A stretch of DNA of 64,000 nt from Octopus vulgaris (lineage: Eukaryota), in NCBI GenBank assembly GCA_951406725.2, contig OX597817.1, positions 24,676,001 through 24,740,000 on the forward strand, given 5' to 3'. Below are positions 26,401 through 39,900 of this stretch, one piece after another (positions within the stretch are counted from its first letter, which is position 1; each line of letters opens with the position of its first letter). The notes beneath the pieces are model-generated. The model was not told the DNA's origin. It did no database searches and worked only from the letters and a program-made list of their open reading frames with translations. The position numbers were made by a program, and so were the translations under genes.

Positions 26401-29400
26401 ACTTATTGCCATACTGTTTTCACCATCATATTGTCCTTTTACAGTCTTTCCATTGTCTGTATTATCCTGTAAATTAACTGTAAGTCCATATTGCAATACT
26501 GTTGTTACCATTATATTGTCCTTTTACAGTCTTTCCATTGTCTGTATTATCCTGTAAATTAACTGTAAGTCCATATTGCAATACTGTTGTTACCATTATA
26601 TTGTTCTTTTTCAGTCTTCCTTGTCTGCTTTATCCTGTAATTAACTGTAAGTACTTATTGCCATACTGTTTTCACCATCATATTGTTCTTTTTCAGTCTT
26701 CCTTGTCTGCTTTATCCTGTAAATTAACTGTAAGTACTTATTGCCATACTGTTTTCACCATCATATTGTTCTTTTTCAGTCTTCCTTGTCTGCTTTATCC
26801 TGTAAATTAACTGTAAGTACTTATTGCCATACTGTTTTCACCATCATATTGTTCTTTTTCAGTCTTCCTTGTCTGCTTTATCCTGTAAATTAACTGTAAG
26901 TACTTATTGCCATACTGTTTTCACCATCATATTGTTCTTTTTCAGTCTTCCTTGTCTGCTTTATCCTGTAAATTAACTGTAAGTACTTATTGCCATACTG
27001 TTTTCACCATCATATTGTTCTTTTTCAGTCTTCCTTGTCTGCTTTATCCTGTAAATTAACTGTAAGTACTTATTGCCATACTGTTTTCACCATCATATTG
27101 TTCTTTTTCAGTCTTCCTTGTCTGCTTTATCCTGTAAATTAACTGTAAGTACTTATTGCCATACTGTTTTCACCATCATATTGTTCTTTTTCAGTCTTCC
27201 TTGTCTGCTTTATCCTGTAAATTAACTGTAAGTACTTATTGCCATACTGTTTTCACCATCATATTGTTCTTTTTCAGTCTTCCTTGTCTGCTTTATCCTG
27301 TAAATTAACTGTAAGTACTTATTGCCATACTGTTTTCACCATCATATTGTTCTTTTTCAGTCTTCCTTGTCTGCTTTATCCTGTAAATTAACTGTAAGTA
27401 CTTATTGCCATACTGTTTTCACCATCATATTGTTCTTTTTCAGTCTTCCTTGTCTGCTTTATCCTGTAAATTAACTGTAAGTACTTATTGCCATACTGTT
27501 TTCACCATCATATTGTTCTTTTTCAGTCTTCCTTGTCTGCTTTATCCTGTAAATTAACTGTAAGTACTTATTGCCATACTGTTTTCACCATCATATTGTT
27601 CTTTTTTCAGTTTTTCCATTGTCTGCTTTATCCTGTAAATTAACTGTAAGTACATATTGCCATACTGTTTTCACCATCATATTGTTCTTTTTCAGTCTTC
27701 CTTGTCTGCTTTATCCTGTAAATTAACTGTAAGTACTTATTGCCATACTGTTTTCACCATCATATTGTTCTTTTCAGTCTTCCTTGTCTGCTTTATCCTG
27801 TAAATTAACTGTAAGTACTTATTGCCATACTGTTTTCACCATCATATTGTTCTTTTTCAGTCTTCCTTGTCTGCTTTATCCTGTAAATTAACTGTAAGTA
27901 CTTATTGCCATACTGTTTTCACCATCATATTGTTCTTTTTCAGTCTTCCTTGTCTGCTTTATCCTGTAAATTAACTGTAAGTACTTATTGCCATACTGTT
28001 TTCACCATCATATTGTTCTTTTTCAGTCTTCCTTGTCTGCTTTATCCTGTAAATTAACTGTAAGTACTTATTGCCATACTGTTTTCACCATCATATTGTT
28101 CTTTTTCAGTCTTCCTTGTCTGCTTTATCCTGTAAATTAACTGTAAGTACTTATTGCCATACTGTTTTCACCATCATATTGTTCTTTTTCAGTTTTCCTT
28201 GTCTGCTTTATCCTGTAAATTAACTGTAAGTACTTATTGCCATACAGTTTTCACCATCATATTGTTCTTTTTCAGTTTTCCTTGTCTGCTTTATCCTGTA
28301 AATTAACTGTAAGTACTTATTGCCATACTGTTTTCACCATCATATTGTTCTTTTTCAGTCTTCCTTGTCTGCTTTATCCTGTAAATTAACTGTAAGTACT
28401 TATTGCCATACTGTTTTCACCATCATATTGTTCTTTTTCAGTCTTCCTTGTCTGCTTTATCCTGTAAATTAACTGTAAGTACTTATTGCCATACTGTTTT
28501 CACCATCATATTGTTCTTTTTCAGTCTTCCTTGTCTGCTTTATCCTGTAAATTAACTGTAAGTACTTATTGCCATACTGTTTTCACCATCATATTGTTCT
28601 TTTTCAGTCTTCCTTGTCTGCTTTATCCTGTAAATTAACTGTAAGTACTTATTGCCATACTGTTTTCACCATCATATTGTTCTTTTCAGTCTTCCTTGTC
28701 TGCTTTATCCTGTAAATTAACTGTAAGTACTTATTGCCATACTGTTTTCACCATCATATTGTTCTTTTTCAGTCTTCCTTGTCTGCTTTATCCTGTAAAT
28801 TAACTGTAAGTACTTATTGCCATACTGTTTTCACCATCATATTGTTCTTTTTCAGTCTTCCTTGTCTGCTTTATCCTGTAAATTAACTGTAAGTACTTAT
28901 TGCCATACTGTTTTCACCATCATATTGTTCTTTTTCAGTCTTCCTTGTCTGCTTTATCCTGTAAATTAACTGTAAGTACTTATTGCCATACTGTTTTCAC
29001 CATCATATTGTTCTTTTTCAGTCTTCCTTGTCTGCTTTATCCTGTAAATTAACTGTAAGTACTTATTGCCATACTGTTTTCACCATCATATTGTCCTTTT
29101 ACAGTCTTTCCATTGTCTGTATTATCCTGTAAATTAAATGTAAGTCCATATTGCAATACTGTTGTCACCATTATATTGTTCTTTTACAGTCTTTCCATTG
29201 TCTGTATTATCCTGTAAATTAAATGTAAGTCCATATTGCAATACTGTTGTCACCATTATATTGTCCTTTTACAGTCTTTCCATTGTCTCTATTATCCGGT
29301 AAATTAAATGTAAGTCCATATTGCAATACTGTTGTAACCATTATATTGTCCTTTTACAGTCTTTCCATTGTCTGTATTATCCTGTAAATTAAATGTAAGT

Positions 29401-30900
29401 CCATATTGCAATACTGTTGTCACCATTATATTGTTCTTTTACAGTCTTTCCATTGTCTCTATTATCCGGTAAATTAAATGTAAGTCCATATTGCAATACT
29501 GTTGTAACCATTATATTGTCCTTTTACAGTCTTTCCATTGTCTGTATTATCCTGTAAATTAAATGTAAGTCCATATTGCAATACTGTTTTCACCATCATA
29601 TTGTTCTTTTTCAGTCTTCCTTGTCTGCTTTATCCTGTAAATTAACTGTAAGTACTTATTGCCATACTGTTTTACCATCATATTGTTCTTTTTCAGTCTT
29701 CCTTGTCTGCTTTATCCTGTAAATTAACTGTAAGTACTTATTGCCATACTGTTTTCACCATCATATTGTTCTTTTTCAGTCTTCATTGTCTGCTTTATCC
29801 TGTAAATTAACTGTAAGTACTTATTGCCATACTGTTTTATCCATCATATTGTTCTTTTTCAGTCTTCCATTGTCTGCTTTATCCTGTAAATTAACTGTAA
29901 GTACTTATTGCCATACTGTTTTCACCATCATATTGTTCTTTTTCAGTCTTTACATTGTCTGCTTTATCCTTTAAATTAACTGTAAGTACTTATTGCCATA
30001 CTGTTTTCACCATCATATTGTTCTTTTTCAGTCTTTCATTGTCTGCTTTATCCTGTAAATTAACTGTAAGTACTTATTGCCATACTGTTTTGACCATCAT
30101 ATTGTTCTTTTTCAGTCTTCCATTGTCTGTTTTATCCTGTAAATTAAATGTAAGTCCATAATGCAATACTGTTGTTACCATTATATTGTCCTTTTACAGT
30201 CTTCCATTGTCTGTATTATCCTGTAAATTAAATGTAAGTACTTATTGCCATACTGTTTATCCATCAATTTGTTCTTTTCAGTCTTTACATTGTCTGTTTA
30301 TCCTTTAAATTTATTGTAAGTACTTATTGCCATACTGTTTATCCATGATATTTGTTCTGTTTCAGTCTTTACATTGTCTGTTGTATCCTTAAATTAACTG
30401 TAAGTACTTATTGCCATACTGTTTTCACCATCATATTGTTCTTTTTCAGTCTTTCATTGTCTGCTTTATCCTGTAAATTAACTGTAAGTACTTATTGCCA
30501 TACTGTTTTCACCATCATATTGTTCTTTTTCAGTCTTCCATTGTCTGCTTTATCCTTTAAATTAACTGTAAGTACTTATTGCCATACTGTTTTCACCATC
30601 ATATTGTTCTTTTCAGTCTTCCTTGTCTGCTTTATCCTGTAAATTAACTGTAAGTACTTATTGCCATACTGTTTATCCATGAATTTGTTCTTTTCAGTCT
30701 TTACATTGTCTGTTTATCCTTTAAATTAACTGTAAGTACTTATTGCCATACTGTTTTCCATCATATTGTTCTTTTCTGTCTTTACATTGTCTGTTTATCC
30801 TTTAAATTAACTGTAAGTACTTATTGCCATACTGTTTACCATGAATTTGTTCTTTTTCAGTCTTTACATTGTCTGCTTGTATCCTGTAAATTAATTATAA
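20481..30900 (+). repeat. Satellite subfamily A block 2 with B islands and an A/C hybrid zone at its right end
   Basis: B islands near 20890, 22850-23020, 26430-26600, 29095-29590 and 30140-30235; hybrids from ~29780. Confidence 0.9.
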
Positions 30901-33900
30901 GTACTTATTGCCATACTGTTTACCCATGAATTTGTTCTGTTTCTGTCTTTACATTGTCTGTTGTCCTTTAAATTAATTATAAGTACTTATTGCCATACTG
31001 TTTATCCATGAATTTGTTCTTTTTCTGTCTTTACATTGTCTGTTGTTATCCTTTAAATTTAATTATAAGTACTTATTGCCATACTGTTTATCCATGAATT
31101 TGTTCTGTTTCTGTCTTTACATTGTCTGTTGTCCTTTAAATTATTATAAGTACTTATTGCCATACTGTTTATCCATGAATTTGTTCTGTTTCTGTCTTTA
31201 CATTGTCTGTTGTCCTTTAAATTTATTATAAGTACTTATTGCCATACTGTTTATCCATGAATTGTTCTTTTTCTGTCTTTACATTGTCTGTTTTCCTTTA
31301 AATTTATTATAAGTACTTATTGCCATACTGTTTATCCATGAATTTGTTCTTTTTCTGTCTTTACATTGTCTGTTGTCCTTTAAATTATTATAAGTACTTA
31401 TTGCCATACTGTTTATCCATGAATTTGTTCTGTTTCTGTCTTTACATTGTCTGTTGTCCTTTAAATTTATTATAAGTACTTATTGCCATACTGTTTATCC
31501 ATGAATTTGTTCTGTTTCTGTCTTTACATTGTCTGTTGTCCTTTAAATTTATTATAAGTACTTATTGCCATACTGTTTATCCATGAATTTGTTCTGTTTC
31601 TGTCTTTACATTGTCTGTTGTCCTTTAAATTTATTATAAGTACTTATTGCCATACTGTTTATCCATGAATTTGTTCTGTTTCTGTCTTTACATTGTCTGT
31701 TGTCCTTTAAATTTATTATAAGTACTTATTGCCATACTGTTTATCCATGAATTTGTTCTGTTTCTGTCTTTACATTGTCTGTTGTCCTTTAAATTTATTA
31801 TAAGTACTTATTGCCATACTGTTTATCCATGAATTTGTTCTGTTTCTGTCTTTACATTGTCTGTTGTCCTTTAAATTTATTATAAGTACTTATTGCCATA
31901 CTGTTTATCCATGAATTTGTTCTGTTTCTGTCTTTACATTGTCTGTTGTCCTTTAAATTTATTATAAGTACTTATTGCCATACTGTTTATCCATGAATTT
32001 GTTCTGTTTCTGTCTTTACATTGTCTGTTGTCCTTTAAATTTATTATAAGTACTTATTGCCATACTGTTTATCCATGAATTTGTTCTGTTTCTGTCTTTA
32101 CATTGTCTGTTGTCCTTTAAATTTATTATAAGTACTTATTGCCATACTGTTTATCCATGAATTTGTTCTGTTTCTGTCTTTACATTGTCTGTTGTCCTTT
32201 AAATTATTATAAGTACTTATTGCCATACTGTTTATCCATGAATTTGTTCTTTTTTCTGTCTTTACATTGTCTGTTGTATCCTTTAAATTTATTATAAGTA
32301 CTTATTGCCATACTGTTTATCCATGAATTTGTTCTGTTTCTGTCTTTACATTGTCTGTTGTCCTTTAAATTTATTATAAGTACTTATTGCCATACTGTTT
32401 ATCCATGAATTTGTTCTGTTTCTGTCTTTACATTGTCTGTTGTCCTTTAAATTATTATAAGTACTTATTGCCATACTGTTTATCCATGAATTTGTTCTGT
32501 TTCTGTCTTTACATTGTCTGTTGTCCTTTAAATTAATTATAAGTACTTATTGCCATACTGTTTATCCATGAATTTGTTCTGTTTCTGTCTTTACATTGTC
32601 TGTTGTCCTTTAAATTTATTATAAGTACTTATTGCCATACTGTTTATCCATGAATTTGTTCTGTTTCTGTCTTTACATTGTCTGTTGTTCCTTTAAATTT
32701 ATTATAAGTACTTATTGCCATACTGTTTATCCATGAATTTGTTCTGTTTCTGTCTTTACATTGTCTGTTGTCCTTTAAATTTATTATAAGTACTTATTGC
32801 CATACTGTTTATCCATGAATTTGTTCTGTTTCTGTCTTTACATTGTCTGTTGTATCCTTTAAATTTATTATAAGTACTTATTGCCATACTGTTTATCCAT
32901 GAATTTGTTCTGTTTCTGTCTTTACATTGTCTGTTTATCCTTTAAATTTATTATAAGTACTTATTGCCATACTGTTTATCCATGAATTTGTTCTTTTTCT
33001 GTCTTTACATTGTCTGTTTTATCCTGTAAATTAATTATAAGTACTTATTGCCATACTGTTTATCCATAATTGTTCTTTTCGTCTTACATTGTCTGTTTCC
33101 TTTAAATTAACTGTAAGTACTTATTGCCATACTGTTTTCACCATCATATTGTTCTTTTTCAGTCTTCTTTGTCTGCTTTATCCTTTAAATTAATTATAAG
33201 TACTTATTGCCATACTGTTTATCCATGAATTTGTTCTGTTTCTGTCTTTACATTGTCTGTTGTCCTTTAAATTTATTATAAGTACTTATTGCCATACTGT
33301 TTATCCATGAATTTGTTCTGTTTCTGTCTTTACATTGTCTGTTGTCCTTTAAATTAATTATAAGTACTTATTGCCATACTGTTTATCCATGAATTTGTTC
33401 TTTTTCTGTCTTTACATTGTCTGTTGTCCTTTAAATTAATTATAAGTACTTATTGCCATACTGTTTATCCATGAATTTGTTCTGTTTCTGTCTTTACATT
33501 GTCTGTTGTCCTTTAAATTAATTATAAGTACTTATTGCCATACTGTTTATCCATGAATTTGTTCTGTTTCTGTCTTTACATTGTCTGTTGTTCCTTTAAA
33601 TTTATTATAAGTACTTATTGCCATACTGTTTATCCATGAATTTGTTCTGTTTCTGTCTTTACATTGTCTGTTGTCCTTTAAATTAATTATAAGTACTTAT
33701 TGCCATACTGTTTACCATGAATTTGTTCTGTTTCTGTCTTTACATTGTCTGTTGTCCTTTAAATTTATTATAAGTACTTATTGCCATACTGTTTATCCAT
33801 GAATTTGTTCTGTTTCTGTCTTTACATTGTCTGTTGTCCTTTAAATTTATTATAAGTACTTATTGCCATACTGTTTATCCATGAATTTGTTCTGTTTCTG

Positions 33901-36900
33901 TCTTTACATTGTCTGTTGTCCTTTAAATTTATTATAAGTACTTATTGCCATACTGTTTATCCATGAATTTGTTCTGTTTCTGTCTTTACATTGTCTGTTG
34001 TCCTTTAAATTAATTATAAGTACTTATTGCCATACTGTTTATCCATGAATTTGTTCTTTTCTGTCTTTACATTGTCTGTTGTCCTTTAAATTAATTATAA
34101 GTACTTATTGCCATACTGTTTATCCATGAATTTGTTCTGTTTCTGTCTTTACATTGTCTGTTGTCCTTTAAATTTATTATAAGTACTTATTGCCATACTG
34201 TTTATCCATGAATTTGTTCTGTTTCTGTCTTTACATTGTCTGTTGTTCCTTTAAATTTATTATAAGTACTTATTGCCATACTGTTTATCCATGAATTTGT
34301 TCTGTTTCTGTCTTTACATTGTCTGTTGTCCTTTAAATTAACTGTAATTACTTATTGCCATACTTTTGTCCATAAATTTGTGCTTTTTCAGTCTTTACAT
34401 TGTCTGTTTTTCCTTTAAATTTATTATAAGTACTTATTGCCATACTGTTTACCATGAATTTGTTCTGTTTCTGTCTTTACATTGTCTGTTGTCCTTTAAA
34501 TTTATTATAAGTACTTATTGCCATACTGTTTATCCATGAATTTGTTCTGTTTCTGTCTTTACATTGTCTGTTGTATCCTTTAAATTTATTATAAGTACTT
34601 ATTGCCATACTGTTTATCCATGAATTTGTTCTGTTTCTGTCTTTACATTGTCTGTTGTCCTTTAAATTAATTATAAGTACTTATTGCCATACTGTTTATC
34701 CATGAATTTGTTCTGTTTCTGTCTTTACATTGTCTGTTGTCCTTTAAATTAATTATAAGTACTTATTGCCATACTGTTTATCCATGAATTTGTTCTGTTT
34801 CTGTCTTTACATTGTCTGTTGTCCTTTAAATTTATTATAAGTACTTATTGCCATACTGTTTATCCATGAATTTGTTCTGTTTCTGTCTTTACATTGTCTG
34901 TTGTCCCTTTAAATTTATTATAAGTACTTATTGCCATACTGTTTATCCATGAATTTGTTCTGTTTCTGTCTTTACATTGTCTGTTGTCCTTTAAATTAAT
35001 TATAAGTACTTATTGCCATACTGTTTATCCATGAATTTGTTCTGTTTCTGTCTTTACATTGTCTGTTGTCCTTTAAATTTATTATAAGTACTTATTGCCA
35101 TACTGTTTATCCATGAATTTGTTCTGTTTCTGTCTTTACATTGTCTGTTGTCCTTTAAATTTATTATAAGTACTTATTGCCATACTGTTTATCCATGAAT
35201 TTGTTCTGTTTCTGTCTTTACATTGTCTGTTGTCCTTTAAATTAATTATAAGTACTTATTGCCATACTGTTTATCCATGAATTTGTTCTGTTTCTGTCTT
35301 TACATTGTCTGTTGTCCTTTAAATTTATTATAAGTACTTATTGCCATACTGTTTATCCATGAATTTGTTCTGTTTCTGTCTTTACATTGTCTGTTGTCCT
35401 TTAAATTATTATAAGTACTTATTGCCATACTGTTTATCCATGAATTTGTTCTGTTTCTGTCTTTACATTGTCTGTTGTCCTTTAAATTAACTGTAAGTAC
35501 TTATTGCCATACTGTTTTCACCATCATATTTTTCTTTTTCAGTTTTTCCAATGTCTGCTTTATCCAGTAAATTTATTATAAGTACTTATTGCCATACTGT
35601 TTATCCATGAATTTGTTCTGTTTCTGTCTTTACATTGTCTGTTGTCCTTTAAATTAATTATAAGTACTTATTGCCATACTGTTTATCCATGAATTTGTTC
35701 TGTTTCTGTCTTTACATTGTCTGTTGTCCTTTAAATTTATTATAAGTACTTATTGCCATACTGTTTATCCATGAATTTGTTCTGTTTCTGTCTTTACATT
35801 GTCTGTTGTTATCCTTTAAATTTATTATAAGTACTTATTGCCATACTGTTTACCATGAATTTGTTCTGTTTCTGTCTTTACATTGTCTGTTGTCCTTTAA
35901 ATTAACTGTAAGTACTTATTGCCATACTGTTTTGACCATCATATTGTTCTTTTTCAGTCTTTCCTTGTCTGCTTTATCCTGTAAATTTATTATAAGTACT
36001 TATTGCCATACTGTTTATCCATGAATTTGTTCTGTTTCTGTCTTTACATTGTCTGTTGTCCTTTAAATTTATTATAAGTACTTATTGCCATACTGTTTAT
36101 CCATGAATTTGTTCTGTTTCTGTCTTTACATTGTCTGTTGTCCTTTAAATTTATTATAAGTACTTATTGCCATACTGTTTATCCATGAATTTGTTCTGTT
36201 TCTGTCTTTACATTGTCTGTTGTCCTTTAAATTTATTATAAGTACTTATTGCCATACTGTTTATCCATGAATTTGTTCTTTTTCTGTCTTTACATTGTCT
36301 GTTGTCCTTTAAATTTATTATAAGTACTTATTGCCATACTGTTTATCCATGAATTTGTTCTGTTTCTGTCTTTACATTGTCTGTTGTCCTTTAAATTTAT
36401 TATAAGTACTTATTGCCATACTGTTTATCCATGAATTTGTTCTGTTTCTGTCTTTACATTGTCTGTTGTACCTTTAAATTTATTATAAGTACTTATTGCC
36501 ATACTGTTTTCACCATCATATTGTTCTTTTTCAGTCTTTCCATATGTCTGCTTTATCCTTTAAATTAATTATAAGTACTTATTGCCATACTGTTTATCCA
36601 TGAATTTGTTCTGTTTCTGTCTTTACATTGTCTGTTGTCCTTTAAATTTATTATAAGTACTTATTGCCATACTGTTTATCCATGAATTTGTTCTGTTTCT
36701 GTCTTTACATTGTCTGTTGTCCTTTAAATTTATTATAAGTACTTATTGCCATACTGTTTATCCATGAATTTGTTCTGTTTCTGTCTTTACATTGTCTGTT
36801 GTCCTTTAAATTTATTATAAGTACTTATTGCCATACTGTTTATCCATGAATTTGTTCTGTTTCTGTCTTTACATTGTCTGTTGTCCTTTAAATTTATTAT

Positions 36901-39900
36901 AAGTACTTATTGCCATACTGTTTATCCATGAATTTGTTCTGTTTCTGTCTTTACATTGTCTGTTGTCCTTTAAATTTATTATAAGTACTTATTGCCATAC
37001 TGTTTATCCATGAATTTGTTCTGTTTCTGTCTTTACATTGTCTGTTGTCCTTTAAATTTATTATAAGTACTTATTGCCATACTGTTTATCCATGAATTTG
37101 TTCTGTTTCTGTCTTTACATTGTCTGTTGTCCTTTAAATTTATTATAAGTACTTATTGCCATACTGTTTATCCATGAATTTGTTCTGTTTCTGTCTTTAC
37201 ATTGTCTGTTGTCCTTTAAATTTATTATAAGTACTTATTGCCATACTGTTTATCCATGAATTTGTTCTGTTTCTGTCTTTACATTGTCTGTTGTCCTTTA
37301 AATTAATTATAAGTACTTATTGCCATACTGTTTATCCATGAATTTGTTCTGTTTCTGTCTTTACATTGTCTGTTGTCCTTTAAATTTATTATAAGTACTT
37401 ATTGCCATACTGTTTATCCATGAATTTGTTCTGTTTCTGTCTTTACATTGTCTGTTGTCCTTTAAATTTATTATAAGTACTTATTGCCATACTGTTTATC
37501 CATGAATTTGTTCTGTTTCTGTCTTTACATTGTCTGTTGTCCTTTAAATTTATTATAAGTACTTATTGCCATACTGTTTATCCATGAATTTGTTCTGTTT
37601 CTGTCTTTACATTGTCTGTTGTCCTTTAAATTTATTATAAGTACTTATTGCCATACTGTTTATCCATGAATTTGTTCTGTTTCTGTCTTTACATTGTCTG
37701 TTGTCCTTTAAATTTATTATAAGTACTTATTGCCATACTGTTTATCCATGAATTTGTTCTGTTTCTGTCTTTACATTGTCTGTTGTCCTTTAAATTTATT
37801 ATAAGTACTTATTGCCATACTGTTTATCCATGAATTTGTTCTGTTTCTGTCTTTACATTGTCTGTTGTCCTTTAAATTTATTATAAGTACTTATTGCCAT
37901 ACTGTTTATCCATGAATTTGTTCTGTTTCTGTCTTTACATTGTCTGTTGTTCCTTTAAATTATTTATATGTACTTATTGCCATACTGTTTATCCATGAAT
38001 TTGTTCTGTTTCTGTCTTTACATTGTCTGTTGTCCTTTAAATTTATTATAAGTACTTATTGCCATACTGTTTATCCATGAATTTGTTCTGTTTCTGTCTT
38101 TACATTGTCTGTTGTCCTTTAAATTTATTATAAGTACTTATTGCCATACTGTTTATCCATGAATTTGTTCTGTTTCTGTCTTTACATTGTCTGTTGTCCT
38201 TTAAATTTATTATAAGTACTTATTGCCATACTGTTTATCCATGAATTTGTTCTGTTTCTGTCTTTACATTGTCTGTTGTCCCTTTAATTTAATTATAAGT
38301 ACTTATTGCCATACTGTTTATCCATGAATTTGTTCTGTTTCTGTCTTTACATTGTCTGTTGTCCTTTAAATTTATTATAAGTACTTATTGCCATACTGTT
38401 TATCCATGAATTTGTTCTGTTTCTGTCTTTACATTGTCTGTTGTCCTTTAAATTTATTATAAGTACTTATTGCCATACTGTTTATCCATGAATTTGTTCT
38501 GTTTCTGTCTTTACATTGTCTGTTGTCCTTTAAATTTATTATAAGTACTTATTGCCATACTGTTTATCCATGAATTTGTTCTGTTTCTGTCTTTACATTG
38601 TCTGTTGTCCTTTAAATTTATTATAAGTACTTATTGCCATACTGTTTATCCATGAATTTGTTCTGTTTCTGTCTTTACATTGTCTGTTGTCCTTTAAATT
38701 TATTATAAGTACTTATTGCCATACTGTTTATCCATGAATTTGTTCTGTTTCTGTCTTTACATTGTCTGTTGTCCCTTTAAATTTATTATAAGTACTTATT
38801 GCCATACTGTTTATCCATGAATTTGTTCTGTTTCTGTCTTTACATTGTCTGTTGTCCTTTAAATTTATTATAAGTACTTATTGCCATACTGTTTATCCAT
38901 GAATTTGTTCTGTTTCTGTCTTTACATTGTCTGTTGTCCTTTAAATTTATTATAAGTACTTATTGCCATACTGTTTATCCATGAATTTGTTCTGTTTCTG
39001 TCTTTACATTGTCTGTTGTCCTTTAAATTTATTATAAGTACTTATTGCCATACTGTTTATCCATGAATTTGTTCTGTTTCTGTCTTTACATTGTCTGTTG
39101 TCCTTTAAATTTATTATAAGTACTTATTGCAATACTGTTGTTACCATTATATTGTCCTTTTACAGTCTTTCCATTGTCTGCATTATCCTGTAACTTAAAT
39201 GTAAGTCCATATTGCCATACTGTTTATCCATGAATTTGTTCTGTTTCTGTCTTTACATTGTCTGTTGTCCTTTAAATTTATTATAAGTACTTATTGCCAT
39301 ACTGTTTATCCATGAATTTGTTCTGTTTCTGTCTTTACATTGTCTGTTGTCCTTTAAATTTATTATAAGTACTTATTGCCATACTGTTTATCCATGAATT
39401 TGTTCTGTTTCTGTCTTTACATTGTCTGTTGTCCTTTAAATTTATTATAAGTACTTATTGCCATACTGTTTATCCATGAATTTGTTCTGTTTCTGTCTTT
39501 ACATTGTCTGTTGTCCTTTAAATTTATTATAAGTACTTATTGCCATACTGTTTATCCATGAATTTGTTCTGTTTCTGTCTTTACATTGTCTGTTGTCCTT
39601 TAAATTTATTATAAGTACTTATTGCCATACTGTTTATCCATGAATTTGTTCTGTTTCTGTCTTTACATTGTCTGTTGTCCTTTAAATTTATTATAAGTAC
39701 TTATTGCCATACTGTTTATCCATGAATTTGTTCTGTTTCTGTCTTTACATTGTCTGTTGTCCTTTAAATTTATTATAAGTACTTATTGCCATACTGTTTA
39801 TCCATGAATTTGTTCTGTTTCTGTCTTTACATTGTCTGTTGTCCTTTAAATTTATTATAAGTACTTATTGCCATACTGTTTATCCATGAATTTGTTCTGT

